A stretch of DNA of 64,000 nucleotides. It comes from Patescibacteria group bacterium. GTDB lineage: Bacteria > Patescibacteriota > Microgenomatia > UBA12405. The stretch lies in NCBI GenBank assembly GCA_050943115.1, contig JBMNON010000004.1, forward strand, positions 2,447 through 66,446. Reading direction: 5' to 3'. Of this stretch, positions 27,938 through 38,332 are shown piece after piece. Within the stretch, counting starts at the first letter, position 1; the number at the start of each line of letters is the position of its first letter. A model generated the notes under the pieces. That model did not search any database, was not told where the DNA came from, and saw nothing but the letters and a program-made list of their open reading frames with translations. The position numbers and the translations under genes are program-made.

Positions 27938-28975
27938 ATGATCACCCGAATTTTATATAACGAGGAAAAAGATCAATACAATAAGTTAATAAATCATCCG
28001 GTTCAAACATGGGAGTGGGGTGATTTTCAAATATCCCAAGGCCACAGGGTTTATCGCCTTGGTGTTTTCAATAAAAGCAAAATGGTCTCCGCTTATTCAG
28101 TTAGCTTTCACCAACTGCCCAGAACTGAATATTCCGTAGGGACTATCCTGCGGGGTCCGGCAATCAACCAGGACATGATTACCAACATTACCAAAATTGC
28201 TACTGACGAAAATGCTGTTTTTGTAAAATTCGAGCCAGACAAAATTATCGCTACTTTTGACAAGTACAACACTCCCAAGCACACCAAAATAAATATGGAT
28301 TTTCCCCATCTTATCGTATCTCCCAAAGTTGCCTTCTATCCCTATTCATACCTCCTTGACCTGTCAAAATCCGAAGATGAGTTGCTCTCTCTAATGCACC
28401 CCAAAACTCGTTACAACATTCGTGTTGCCAATCGTTACGGTGTTACCATTGAAGAGAAGAGCGATGACGAAGGGTTTGAAATTTATCTCAAACTCCTTTT
28501 TGAAACCACCAAGCGCCAGGGCTTTTATCTGCACACCCAAGAATATCATCGGGATCTTTGGAACACCCTCAAAACTACATCAATACCAAAAATCCTGCTT
28601 GCTTCATACCAGGGCCGGGTTTTGGCCGCTTTTATGCTTTTTGTCCAGAAAGATAAGCTTTTTTATCCTTACGGAGCTTCAAATGACGAGCAGCGGCAAG
28701 TGATGGCCCCCACACTATTGATGTGGGAAGCTATCAGATTAGGAAGGAAAAACGGATGCAAAACCTTTGATATGTGGGGGAGCCTGGGTCCCGAAGCCAA
28801 AGAGTCGCAACAGGGTTACGGTTTTCACCGTTTCAAGCAAGGTTTCGGAGGACAGCTGGTTCAATTTGTTGGAACTTATGACTTGGTGATTAACCCAAAT
28901 GCATATCGGCTTTATAATCTTGTTGATAAATACCGTTGGAAATTTCTAAGGCTAAAAGCCAAATTTGTCAGGTAA
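27938..28975 (+). CDS. FemAB/FemX-family peptidoglycan bridge aminoacyltransferase
   Basis: QTWEWG, RGP, LDL..SEDELL..M.PKTRYNIR, YPYGAS, LMWEAI, DMWG, GFHRFKQGFGG. Confidence 0.9.
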   Translation: MITRILYNEEKDQYNKLINHPVQTWEWGDFQISQGHRVYRLGVFNKSKMVSAYSVSFHQLPRTEYSVGTILRGPAINQDMITNITKIATDENAVFVKFEPDKIIATFDKYNTPKHTKINMDFPHLIVSPKVAFYPYSYLLDLSKSEDELLSLMHPKTRYNIRVANRYGVTIEEKSDDEGFEIYLKLLFETTKRQGFYLHTQEYHRDLWNTLKTTSIPKILLASYQGRVLAAFMLFVQKDKLFYPYGASNDEQRQVMAPTLLMWEAIRLGRKNGCKTFDMWGSLGPEAKESQQGYGFHRFKQGFGGQLVQFVGTYDLVINPNAYRLYNLVDKYRWKFLRLKAKFVR

Positions 28976-29016
28976 TCTATACGGATAAAAACAAAAATAT
29001 AACTTATAATATACCC

Positions 29017-29319
29017 ATGTCTAACGGTAAGAAAATCACTAAAACAGAGCTGGAACATATTGCCCGTCTTGCCCGAATTAAATTAAATGAAGAAGACATA
29101 AACCGTTTTCTCCCCCAGCTGGACACTGTCTTGGAATATCTTGATAAGCTAAAGGCCAAAGATACTTCCGCAGTTCCCGTTTCTTATCAAGTTACCCAGT
29201 TGGAAAATGTTCTCCGTATAGATAAGGCCGGTCCCTGCCTAAGCCAAAAACAGGCTCTATCTAACGCTCCCAAAACTGAGGATGGTTATTTTGTTGTCCC
29301 AGCTACAATTAAAAAATAA
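29017..29319 (+). CDS. gatC: Asp/Glu-tRNA amidotransferase subunit C
   Basis: HIARLARI, NVLR.D, ALSNAP..EDGYFVVP; TATAAT 6 nt before ATG 29017. Confidence 0.92.
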   Translation: MSNGKKITKTELEHIARLARIKLNEEDINRFLPQLDTVLEYLDKLKAKDTSAVPVSYQVTQLENVLRIDKAGPCLSQKQALSNAPKTEDGYFVVPATIKK

Positions 29320-30794
29320 TGGATCTTGCAAAACTTACCATAAACAAAATAAAAAAATGTTTGGTTGACGGAGATTTTTCTGCCCGACATATTCTTGGGG
29401 AATATTTGAATCAAGTAAAGTCTTGCGATTCCAAAGTCAAAGCCTTTATTACCGTTGCTGAAAAAGAAGCAGTAAACTCAGCCGAAAAAATTGACCAAAA
29501 AATTAAGAATAAGGAAAAGTTGGGAAGTCTGGCCGGTACTGTAATGGCTGTCAAGGATATATTTTTAACTGAAGGTATTGAAACCACCGCTTCATCCCGA
29601 CTTCTTAAGGGCTACATCCCTCAATATTCATCTACTGTATACCGAAGACTGGTAGAACAGGACGCCATAATTATTGGCAAAACAAACACTGATACTTTTG
29701 CTTTTGGTGCCAGTACTGAAAATTCCGGGTATTTCACTACCCACAACCCTTGGAATCTGGAAATGGTCCCCGGCGGATCTTCCGGAGGTTCGGCTGTTGC
29801 AGTCGCCACCGATATGGCAACTATCGCCTTGGGTACCGATACCGGAGGTTCAATCCGCCAACCAGCTTCACTATGCGGAGTATCTGGCCTCAAACCTACC
29901 TATGGCCGAAATTCCCGTTATGGTATCACTGCGATGGCCTCATCTTTTGATTGTCCGGGTGTTTTCGCCCGTCATGTAGAAGATATCGCTCTCTCAACCC
30001 AATTTATGGCCGGACAAGATCCTCACGATGCTACCAGTAGTTATACTCCTGTTCCTGATTACTTTAATTCTTTACAAGCTACGAATATTAAAGGCTTAAA
30101 GATCGGTATTCCCAAAGAATATTTTGAAGGCTCTATAAGCCTAAAAGTTAAAGAAAAAGTATTAGAGGCAGCCTCATTATTTGAGAAACAGGGCGCCCGG
30201 CTCGTCCCCGTCTCTCTTCCCAGCACGGATCTTGGCATTGCCGTTTATTACGTCTTAGTCCCTTGCGAGATATCGGCAAACATGGCCCGTTACGACGGTA
30301 TCCGATTTGGTCAAAGCAAGCGGGATACACAGGATTTATTCTCCTACTATATGGAAACACGGGGAGAATTTATGGAAGATGAACTAAAAAGAAGAATAAT
30401 TATCGGCACTTATGCTCTTTCGGCTGGTTATTACGACGCTTACTATACCAAGGCTTCCCAAGTTAGAACTCTAATTAAAAACGAGTTTTTAGATGTTCTA
30501 AAACAAGTCGATGTTATTCTGGCCCCTGTCTCACCGACTACCGCCTGGCCTATTGGCCAAAAAGCCAATGATCCTTTGGAAATGTACATGGCAGATGTTT
30601 ATACTGTTTGTGTTAATGTTGCCGGGCTGCCTTCTTTGGCTCTCCCTTGTGGATTTGATGATTCAAAATTACCCATAGGCTTTCAACTCGTGGGTGGTTT
30701 CTTTGAAGAGGAAAAAATCCTTTCACTCGGCTTTCAGTATCAGCAATTAACGGATTACCATTTATATACTCCGCCTATATGTCAAAACCCATAA
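29319..30794 (+). CDS. gatA: Asp/Glu-tRNA amidotransferase subunit A
   Basis: VKD, GKTN.D.FA.G, PGGSSGGSA, GTDTGGSIRQPA, RYDG.RFG. Confidence 0.96.
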   Translation: MDLAKLTINKIKKCLVDGDFSARHILGEYLNQVKSCDSKVKAFITVAEKEAVNSAEKIDQKIKNKEKLGSLAGTVMAVKDIFLTEGIETTASSRLLKGYIPQYSSTVYRRLVEQDAIIIGKTNTDTFAFGASTENSGYFTTHNPWNLEMVPGGSSGGSAVAVATDMATIALGTDTGGSIRQPASLCGVSGLKPTYGRNSRYGITAMASSFDCPGVFARHVEDIALSTQFMAGQDPHDATSSYTPVPDYFNSLQATNIKGLKIGIPKEYFEGSISLKVKEKVLEAASLFEKQGARLVPVSLPSTDLGIAVYYVLVPCEISANMARYDGIRFGQSKRDTQDLFSYYMETRGEFMEDELKRRIIIGTYALSAGYYDAYYTKASQVRTLIKNEFLDVLKQVDVILAPVSPTTAWPIGQKANDPLEMYMADVYTVCVNVAGLPSLALPCGFDDSKLPIGFQLVGGFFEEEKILSLGFQYQQLTDYHLYTPPICQNP

Positions 30795-32248
30795 AATCTG
30801 TCACCCCAATTATCGGCCTCGAAGTCCATGTTGAGCTCAAAACAACAACGAAGATGTTTTGTTCTTGCCCGGCTAATCATTTCCATGTTAAACCGAATAC
30901 TCACACCTGTCCCGTTTGTTTGGGTTTGCCCGGAGCTCTTCCTGTACCCAATAAAACAGCCATCGATTGGTGTATAAAAATCGGATTAAGCCTAAATTGT
31001 TCTATCAATCAGCATTCCTTTTTCGAAAGAAAAAACTATTTTTACCCTGATTTGCCTAAAGGTTATCAGATAAGCCAGTATCAACAGCCTTTCACTGTTA
31101 ATGGTAGCTTGAAAGTTGGCGACCACGATGTTCGCATTAATCGGGTTCACATGGAGGAGGACACTGCCAAATCTATCCACTCCACGCTTGATGGACAGGA
31201 AGTAACTCTTATTGACTTTAATCGTTCCGGGGTACCTTTGGTCGAAATCGTCTCCGAACCCGATATTGTTTCACCTCAAATGGCTAAGGTCTATCTCCTC
31301 TTAATTCAACAGTTAATGCGCTATTTGGGAGTATCGGACGCCGATATTGAAAAGGGAAGTATGCGCTGTGAACCCACCGTCAATTTAAAGGTCGAAACAG
31401 ATGAAACTACGATTTATACACCCATAGTTGAAGTCAAAAATGTTGCCTCTCTTACCGGTGTTCAAAATGCTATTGAATTTGAGCTGGATAGGCAGCTTCT
31501 TGACTGGCAAAAGACCGGTGAGTCCAAAACCGTTAACAATAAAACAACCCGAGGCTGGGATGCTGCCAGAAGTCAAACATTTCTTCAAAGAGAGAAGGAA
31601 GGTTCTTCGGATTATCGTTATTTCCCGGAGCCAGATATCCCGCCCGTCAATTATTCAGATGATGAGGTCTTTCATATAAAATCTACCATACCCGAATTGC
31701 CCCAGGCCAAAATTAGCCGTTACATAGCCGACTTTGCCCTGACTGATTATGATGCTTCACTTTTAGCCTCAGATATGAATTTTGCTCTGGCTTACGAAAA
31801 GGCCTTGGGTGAAAATCCGTCAAAAGATTTTGCTAAATTCACAGCAAACATATTTACTGGACCCATCAAAACATATCTTAATGAATCTAACTCGTCTGTC
31901 GATCTGGAAAAGGTAAGCAGGGAGATATTTAGTACATTGTTTGATGCTGTCAGTCAGGGAGAAATATCCTTAACTGTTGCCCGGCAGATTATTGTTGAAT
32001 CCTATCTATCCGGGCAGGATCCGCTGCAAATTGCCAGGGACAAAGGATTAATTCAAGTTTCCGACACGGCAGAAATTGAATCAATAGCCAAACAGATTAT
32101 TGATGCCAATCCAAAAGCCGTTGCTGATTACCAAAAAAATCCCAATTCCATAGGTTTCTTTATAGGCCAAGTGATGAAAACCTCCGGTGGAAAAGCCAAT
32201 CCTCAGGTGACCAAACAAATCATAGAAAAGCTATTATCCCAAGTTTAA
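30779..32248 (+). CDS. gatB: Asp/Glu-tRNA amidotransferase subunit B
   Basis: IGLEVHVEL, CPVCLGLPG, YFYPDLPKGYQISQ, DYRYFPEPD, FFIGQVMK. Confidence 0.96.
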   Translation: MSKPIKSVTPIIGLEVHVELKTTTKMFCSCPANHFHVKPNTHTCPVCLGLPGALPVPNKTAIDWCIKIGLSLNCSINQHSFFERKNYFYPDLPKGYQISQYQQPFTVNGSLKVGDHDVRINRVHMEEDTAKSIHSTLDGQEVTLIDFNRSGVPLVEIVSEPDIVSPQMAKVYLLLIQQLMRYLGVSDADIEKGSMRCEPTVNLKVETDETTIYTPIVEVKNVASLTGVQNAIEFELDRQLLDWQKTGESKTVNNKTTRGWDAARSQTFLQREKEGSSDYRYFPEPDIPPVNYSDDEVFHIKSTIPELPQAKISRYIADFALTDYDASLLASDMNFALAYEKALGENPSKDFAKFTANIFTGPIKTYLNESNSSVDLEKVSREIFSTLFDAVSQGEISLTVARQIIVESYLSGQDPLQIARDKGLIQVSDTAEIESIAKQIIDANPKAVADYQKNPNSIGFFIGQVMKTSGGKANPQVTKQIIEKLLSQV

Positions 32249-32583
32249 TAGCGGCTGACTCTTACCAGAAGTTCGCTATCACCATCGTTAAAACTTAATA
32301 CCATTGGGCTGCTTCCCCGAACATAGTCTGGCATTTTTATCAGCCGTCTTTCCGGTAGTTTAGTATTGTCGATACCGTATATAACTGCCATCTCCGATTC
32401 TTCTTTCGTTGAAAAAGCAAAAAGGCTTACTCTGTTTCCGTGATAAATATCTATATATTCAGAATCTGTACTATGAAATGACAATGGCTTGTCATCAACC
32501 CGAAACAACCCTTTAGGATCAACTTTCAGTCCGTAATCGCATGGCAGATCACACTTTCCAATTTCTATTAATGCTCCCGTCAC
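32245..32583 (-). CDS. Hypothetical protein (112 aa)
   Basis: Fills a gap, convergent with gatB; GTG start with AAGGGGG upstream; no motif recognised. Confidence 0.55.
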   Translation of the reverse strand: MTGALIEIGKCDLPCDYGLKVDPKGLFRVDDKPLSFHSTDSEYIDIYHGNRVSLFAFSTKEESEMAVIYGIDNTKLPERRLIKMPDYVRGSSPMVLSFNDGDSELLVRVSRY

Positions 32584-32715
32584 AAATTTACCCCCTTAAA
32601 ATATATTTTATAATATTCTATAAATAATGGAAGTATCCAAAAAAACTAAAATAACTTGTAATAATAGATATTGTATTATTGTTCTTTCTCAGTTTAATTT
32701 CCTATAATTATTACA

Positions 32716-33942
32716 ATGCCAATCCCTTACCATCAAAAAGCACCCCCTTTCTCCTGGGGAATAATTATCACCTTAGCTGCCTTCTCCTTACTTATTTTGG
32801 TAATAATTATGTATTATTCTTGGCAATCTCAAAGAGAACAGCTGCAAAATCACCTTAGTACTCTTTCCGATATTGTTAAAAGTGATATATCCTATCATGA
32901 TGGTCAATGGGATATAACAAAATATCTCAATGACACTCAAATCCCCAATGACATACCCCTTTATGTTATTACCAGTGAAGGCTATGTTGTTGATCGGCGC
33001 AATATATTAATAAATTTCCTGGACACTTCCGATCTCAGATTCAGCTCGTCTTTCCAAACCCCTCAAACAATCACAACTCCTGTTGGGGAAACTTGGTATA
33101 TGTACAGTAAACCTTTAATCAGAAATAGGATTAGCTACGGTACCATTCTTCTTGCCTATCACCAACCTGAATTCTCTTCCATAAACGAGATAGAACTCCA
33201 GTTAAAGGATCTGGGTCGTATGATCGATTCCCGGATAAACGTTAGCGGTGACAATTTACTTGATTTGTCAGGTTTCGACCCCAAAACAATAAGCGGCAAG
33301 ATTTCTTATCAGATTGTTGATACCAGGAATAAGGTTGCAGCCACCTCCGGGCCTATTCCTTCTTATATAGACAGAAGCTATTTGTCCTCATTTGACAGCG
33401 ATCAATTTATCAATATAAAAAATAGTTCTAGCATATATACTGCCCATATTGCCCCGATTGTTGATAATAACCGCCAAATAGGAGTTGTTGTTACTGCCCA
33501 GGATACCATCGGAATAGGTACTGATGTCGGCAATAAAGTCTTGCTTGCTTATGGCCTGACTTTGATGTCTGTCACCCTGTTACTTTCATTGATGCCCCGA
33601 CTTTTACCCGGACATCTTGGTACCCTAGCCCTGTTAAGTTTTGATAAAAAGTCCAGTCGGCTTTTTTACCAGGACAAGGAGCTTCCCATTCCTCTTGATT
33701 CGAATCAGTATTATGTTTTGGTTGCACTATTTTCAAAACCAGGTAAACGTTGGGAAACAGATGAGCTAACCGACATCATTTTCGGTCAAACCTCTTTATC
33801 AGAAATGAAATCTTATTGGCGGAAAATATATGATGCCGTCAGGTCCATAAACCAAAAAACCCAAAACACATTCGGGCAAAAAATTATTGAAACTGAAGCC
33901 AAAACTTTTCGTCTCAGATCTCATTTGGTTTACTCAAATTGA
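32716..33942 (+). CDS. Transmembrane one-component regulator-like protein (extracytoplasmic sensor + C-terminal winged HTH)
   Basis: TM, ~235-aa Cache-like region, second TM, then SFD.....L.Y...L.I...QYYVL..LF..P...W...EL...IF...KIYDAVRSINQK...I resembling an OmpR-type wHTH; no HisKA/HATPase motifs. Confidence 0.6.
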   Translation: MPIPYHQKAPPFSWGIIITLAAFSLLILVIIMYYSWQSQREQLQNHLSTLSDIVKSDISYHDGQWDITKYLNDTQIPNDIPLYVITSEGYVVDRRNILINFLDTSDLRFSSSFQTPQTITTPVGETWYMYSKPLIRNRISYGTILLAYHQPEFSSINEIELQLKDLGRMIDSRINVSGDNLLDLSGFDPKTISGKISYQIVDTRNKVAATSGPIPSYIDRSYLSSFDSDQFINIKNSSSIYTAHIAPIVDNNRQIGVVVTAQDTIGIGTDVGNKVLLAYGLTLMSVTLLLSLMPRLLPGHLGTLALLSFDKKSSRLFYQDKELPIPLDSNQYYVLVALFSKPGKRWETDELTDIIFGQTSLSEMKSYWRKIYDAVRSINQKTQNTFGQKIIETEAKTFRLRSHLVYSN

Positions 33943-33990
33943 CTCAACCAATAATACTGTATTCTTTGCCTGTTAACATTTATAACAAAA

Positions 33991-35040
33991 ATGAAAGTAA
34001 CACAAAAAGCCAAAAAATATTCTCCCTTAGGGGTTTTTGTCCTTTTATTATTTATCGCCTTCTCCTCTGTAGCAATCATCAAAGTTTTTTCGGAAGAAGA
34101 CACCTGGATTTGTGAAAATGGAGAATGGGTCCGGCATGGCAATCCTTTTTTACCCAAACCCAAGAGCTACTGCCCTTCTTCAATCTCTAACGCTCAAAAC
34201 CGGGAAGCTGATCCCAAGGAGACAGTTGAGAGCTTCTATAACTGGTATCTCCAGTACGAAGGCAATCCAATAAGCAGCGGTGCTTACAAAACCAGTGACT
34301 ATTTGTCCGATAACTTTAAAAAAGAAATCGATAGTCTCTTGTCAGGCTTTGAAGGAGGTGGTTACGATCCCATACTATTGGCTCAGGATTTTCCCAGCAG
34401 CTTTGAAGTCAGCGTAGTATCAGTCAACAACGATCAAGCCAGTGTTGCTGTTGAAATGGAGTTTTACGGTATGACGCAAAGCGTGGAAATTAATCTGGTC
34501 AAAAGCGGAAAACTATGGCAGATAGACAAAATCTTCAGATCATCAGAGGCCAGCTCGTCTACCGGTCAATCCGACCAGTCGGTTACGATTTATTTTAACA
34601 ACCCTCGTCGTTCGACGGCTTCGGGTAGCAATGATTGTGGTGTTGTCTACGGCGTTGAAAGAATAATAAGCGAACAGGGTGATATCTACCAAGCAGCTTT
34701 AGAGCAGCTGTTTCAGGGGCCGTCGAATGCCGAAAAAGCCCAAGGTTACACTTCCTTTTTTACCTCAGAAACTAGGAGCATTCTAAAAAGTGTCAAAGTA
34801 AACGGATCTACCGCTTATGTCGACCTCGCTGACATTAGAAGTCTTATCCCGAACGCCAGTAGTAGCTGTGGGTCGGCAGAATTGCTTTCTCAAATAGAGG
34901 AAACCCTAAAGCACGACCGGAAAATTACGAAAGTCATTATTGCTATTGACGGTAATCCTCAGACCTTCTATGATTGGGTTCAGATAGGTTGCAATCAGGA
35001 GAATGGGAACTGTGATGCCACTCCTTTTAGCGACGAATAA
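33991..35040 (+). CDS. Membrane-anchored DUF3828-like + GerMN domain protein
   Basis: TM, EDTWICENGEWVRHGNP, P.ETVESFYNWY...DPILLAQD...WQIDKI, then ALEQLFQGP...E...GY...AYVDL...QIEETL. Confidence 0.75.
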   Translation: MKVTQKAKKYSPLGVFVLLLFIAFSSVAIIKVFSEEDTWICENGEWVRHGNPFLPKPKSYCPSSISNAQNREADPKETVESFYNWYLQYEGNPISSGAYKTSDYLSDNFKKEIDSLLSGFEGGGYDPILLAQDFPSSFEVSVVSVNNDQASVAVEMEFYGMTQSVEINLVKSGKLWQIDKIFRSSEASSSTGQSDQSVTIYFNNPRRSTASGSNDCGVVYGVERIISEQGDIYQAALEQLFQGPSNAEKAQGYTSFFTSETRSILKSVKVNGSTAYVDLADIRSLIPNASSSCGSAELLSQIEETLKHDRKITKVIIAIDGNPQTFYDWVQIGCNQENGNCDATPFSDE

Positions 35041-35051
35041 AAAAACAGCTT

Positions 35052-35071
35052 ACAACCAAGGCTGGTTGTTT
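35052..35071 (+). terminator. Weak hairpin after the GerMN gene
   Basis: ACAACCA-aggc-TGGTTGT followed by TT. Confidence 0.3.
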
Positions 35072-35122
35072 ATAACCCTAAATATTAAAGAAATTAGCTT
35101 CAATTATTGATAAAATAATGAA

Positions 35123-38100
35123 GTGCCAACTATCATAGATCAGGTAAATTTTGAAACTGAGTACAAGAAGTTAAATCAACAGCAGAGGCAGGCGGTAGAC
35201 GCTATCGAAGGGCCGATAATGATTGTAGCCGGAGCTGGCACCGGCAAGACTCAAACAATCGCTCTTAGGATTGCCAACATTCTCCAAAAAACCCAGACAC
35301 CTCCTCACGGAATCCTCTGTCTCACTTTTACCGAGAATGCCGCCATCAATATGAGGGAGAGGCTGCAGACTATTATCGGTCCTCTTGCCTACAACGTCAA
35401 AATCCACACCTTCCATTCCTTTTGTAATGAAGTCATAAAAACCAATCCTGAACACTTTATCTTTGCCCAAAATATCGAATCTCTCGAAGAACTTGAAAAA
35501 ATTGAAATCATCCGGGAACTTATAGATAACTTACCGGAGGGTTCACAGCTTAAACCGTGGGGGGACCCCTATTACTACCAACGGGACATCATCAGCAGCA
35601 TTCAGTCACTCAAAAGAGAAAACATATCGCCCAAAAAATTTTTTGACCTTATCAAAGAACAGGAAAAATTCCTTAAGAACACCAAAGACCAATATTCAGC
35701 CCTTAAAGCTCTTAGAATCGGTAAGACTATCGAATCGGAACTTATGACTATTGTTGAAAACCTAAAAAAAGAATCTGAGAAATTTAAAGCAATTTACAGC
35801 CTAATAAACCTCAACCATCAGCTTTATCTTCAGGGACACTTCGACATCGGTCTGGCCAAAAACCCAGCAGTAAATTTCAAAAATGCTCTCATAAAAATAT
35901 TTGATAATTTTGAGAAAGACACCCCCCGTCAGCTTGAACTTCACCAGATATTTATCGCCTACCAGCAGGAACTCCAGCGACTGGGGCGCTATGACTTCGA
36001 CGATATGATTCTTTTTGTTCTCGATGCCTTCAGGGAAGATCAGGAACTGCTCCTGGCCTACCAGGAGCGTTTCCAATATGTTTTGGTTGATGAATACCAG
36101 GACACCAACTCAGCCCAGAATCAAATCCTAGACCTGCTTGGTTCCTACTTTGATGACCCCAATATATTTGTTGTTGGCGACGACGACCAGTCAATTTTCC
36201 GTTTCCAGGGGGCTTCAATCGAAAACATCTATGAGTTTTACCAAAAATATAAAAAAAGCATTAAAGTAATTGTCCTAAAAAACAATTACCGTAGTCATCA
36301 GCTTATCCTGGACACTTCCGCCTCAGTTATTAACTACAACAAAAATCGGATCGTAAACTACATTGAGAATATTGACAAATCCCTGGTTTCTATCAGTACC
36401 TATGACCCCAACCCCGTCAACTTCTATGAAGGCACCTCGGTTCTCGACGAGAATTATTTTATTGCCCAAAAAATTGAGGAGTTAACTGAAAATGGCACCA
36501 GCCCCAGGGAAATTGCTGTTTTGTTCCGTAACAACAGCGATGCCGATGATTTGGTCGAAACTTTAGAAAACAAAGGTATCAAATTTCATCTTGAATCTGG
36601 CACAAATGCCCTGGATCATCCCAGAATAAAGCAACTGATTAGATTGCTTACTTATATTAATGACCCCACAGATAGTGAAAGCCTTTTCCATCTACTTTCC
36701 TATGATTTTATAAAAATAAACTCATTCGATCTTTACCGGATACTTCAATATTCCCATCGCCATCAATTGCCACTAAGCGAATTGATATCCAGTCCTCATC
36801 TTTTAAGCCAGATTAATGGTATAAAGAAAAACACCTTAATCCGTTTAAAAAACTTTTCGATTCGTACTGCCAAAGCCATCCACTGGCTAAAATATTACAA
36901 CCTTGACCGTTTTTTCAATAGGACGATAAGGAAGTTTGGTTATTTAAGTCATATCGTCGCTTTAAATGACTTGGAGTTAATAAACTACCTTAACGCTTTT
37001 TATAACGAAATAAAGCGCTTCTCGGTAAAAAAGGAAACTACGCTTTCGGATTTTCTGGAACGCATTGAGCTCTTTATCGACAACAAAATCCCTCTTACTG
37101 CCCAGGAATTGTTATCCGACTCGGAAAACTCTGTTCGCCTGATGACTGTACACAAAGCTAAAGGCTTGGAATTTGAACATGTTTTTTTAACTAAATGCAC
37201 CGATCGGAAATGGGGAAACAACTATCATGCCAGCCCGCTCCGACTGCCTTCAGGCATTCTTAAAACCGAAATATCCCGTTTGGCTCACGATGAAAACGAA
37301 GATGAGCGCCGTCTTTTTTATGTTGCCCTCACCCGCGCCAAAAAACAAATCTACATCTCCTACTCCCGAAAAACCGAAACCGGCAGGGATCAGTTGCCTT
37401 CAATTTTTATTGCCGAAATAAAACCTGATCTTATTGAAAAAATATCCCCTCAATCCCAAAGTCAACAGGAGGCCATCTTTAATGCTTTCCCCCTGGATTC
37501 CAAGAAACCCATAAAAAATATTGAACTTTCATCCCACCTGAAAGATCAGTTGAAGAAAAATTACAAGCTTAACGTGACTCACCTGAACTCCTATCTGGAA
37601 TGTCCTCTCTGCTTTTATTACAAAACAATTTTAAGGATCCCATCAATCAAGGATAAATATGCCGCTCTGGGAACTGCTGTTCATTATAGCCTCAGCCATC
37701 TGTTTAACGTCCTTGGTCAACAGGGAAAGCTGATTAGCAAAAAAGATCTGTTAACCTTTTACGAGCAAGCGCTGAAGCGCGAGGATTTAAGTCAGAAGAA
37801 CTTTAAAGAAGCCCTGCATCGGGGAACGGAATCCCTCTCGGAATACTATGACCACTACCAATCGTCCTTTAGCGGTAACTGTGTTATGGATTATGATTGC
37901 ACCCCGCGTCACTTGTTTGTTGACGATACTCCCATTACCGGGAAAATAGACAAAATTGAAATTCAAAAGACCACTCGCGATGGGAAACCCGCTGCTAATT
38001 TAGTTGATTTTAAGACCGGTAATCCCGATACCAAGAGTAAAGATATGCAGCCCGGAGGTTCCTACTACAACCAGATTGTTTTTTACAAAATCCTTACCGA

Positions 38101-38329
38101 TTCTGATCCTGAGTTCCCTTATCACGTCAGCACCGCCACCATCGATTTCATTCAAAAGAGTAAATACAAAAAAACCTTCATCCGCAGGGATTTTGAGTTT
38201 AGGAAAGACGATATCGATATTGTCAAAAAATTGATAAAGGAAATATACGAAAAAATAATTAATCTCGACTTCAATCATATCGGTGAAGAATGCAAAGATG
38301 AACAAGACCTCCACGGCTTGCTAGAATAG
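35123..38329 (+). CDS. UvrD-like helicase fused to PD-(D/E)xK nuclease (AdnB/AddA-like)
   Basis: AGAGTGKT, VDEYQD, VGDDDQSIFRFQGA, MTVHKAKGLEF, ERRLFYVALTRA; C-terminal LNSYLECP, GTAVH, GKIDKIE, VDFKTG, QIVFY. Confidence 0.9.
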   Translation: MPTIIDQVNFETEYKKLNQQQRQAVDAIEGPIMIVAGAGTGKTQTIALRIANILQKTQTPPHGILCLTFTENAAINMRERLQTIIGPLAYNVKIHTFHSFCNEVIKTNPEHFIFAQNIESLEELEKIEIIRELIDNLPEGSQLKPWGDPYYYQRDIISSIQSLKRENISPKKFFDLIKEQEKFLKNTKDQYSALKALRIGKTIESELMTIVENLKKESEKFKAIYSLINLNHQLYLQGHFDIGLAKNPAVNFKNALIKIFDNFEKDTPRQLELHQIFIAYQQELQRLGRYDFDDMILFVLDAFREDQELLLAYQERFQYVLVDEYQDTNSAQNQILDLLGSYFDDPNIFVVGDDDQSIFRFQGASIENIYEFYQKYKKSIKVIVLKNNYRSHQLILDTSASVINYNKNRIVNYIENIDKSLVSISTYDPNPVNFYEGTSVLDENYFIAQKIEELTENGTSPREIAVLFRNNSDADDLVETLENKGIKFHLESGTNALDHPRIKQLIRLLTYINDPTDSESLFHLLSYDFIKINSFDLYRILQYSHRHQLPLSELISSPHLLSQINGIKKNTLIRLKNFSIRTAKAIHWLKYYNLDRFFNRTIRKFGYLSHIVALNDLELINYLNAFYNEIKRFSVKKETTLSDFLERIELFIDNKIPLTAQELLSDSENSVRLMTVHKAKGLEFEHVFLTKCTDRKWGNNYHASPLRLPSGILKTEISRLAHDENEDERRLFYVALTRAKKQIYISYSRKTETGRDQLPSIFIAEIKPDLIEKISPQSQSQQEAIFNAFPLDSKKPIKNIELSSHLKDQLKKNYKLNVTHLNSYLECPLCFYYKTILRIPSIKDKYAALGTAVHYSLSHLFNVLGQQGKLISKKDLLTFYEQALKREDLSQKNFKEALHRGTESLSEYYDHYQSSFSGNCVMDYDCTPRHLFVDDTPITGKIDKIEIQKTTRDGKPAANLVDFKTGNPDTKSKDMQPGGSYYNQIVFYKILTDSDPEFPYHVSTATIDFIQKSKYKKTFIRRDFEFRKDDIDIVKKLIKEIYEKIINLDFNHIGEECKDEQDLHGLLE

Positions 38330-38332
38330 GGG

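Noticed and set aside
32245-32583. Possible FHA-like fold from IEIGK.D..CD
   Set aside because: The conserved GR, SxxH and NG motifs are not convincingly present; left as hypothetical
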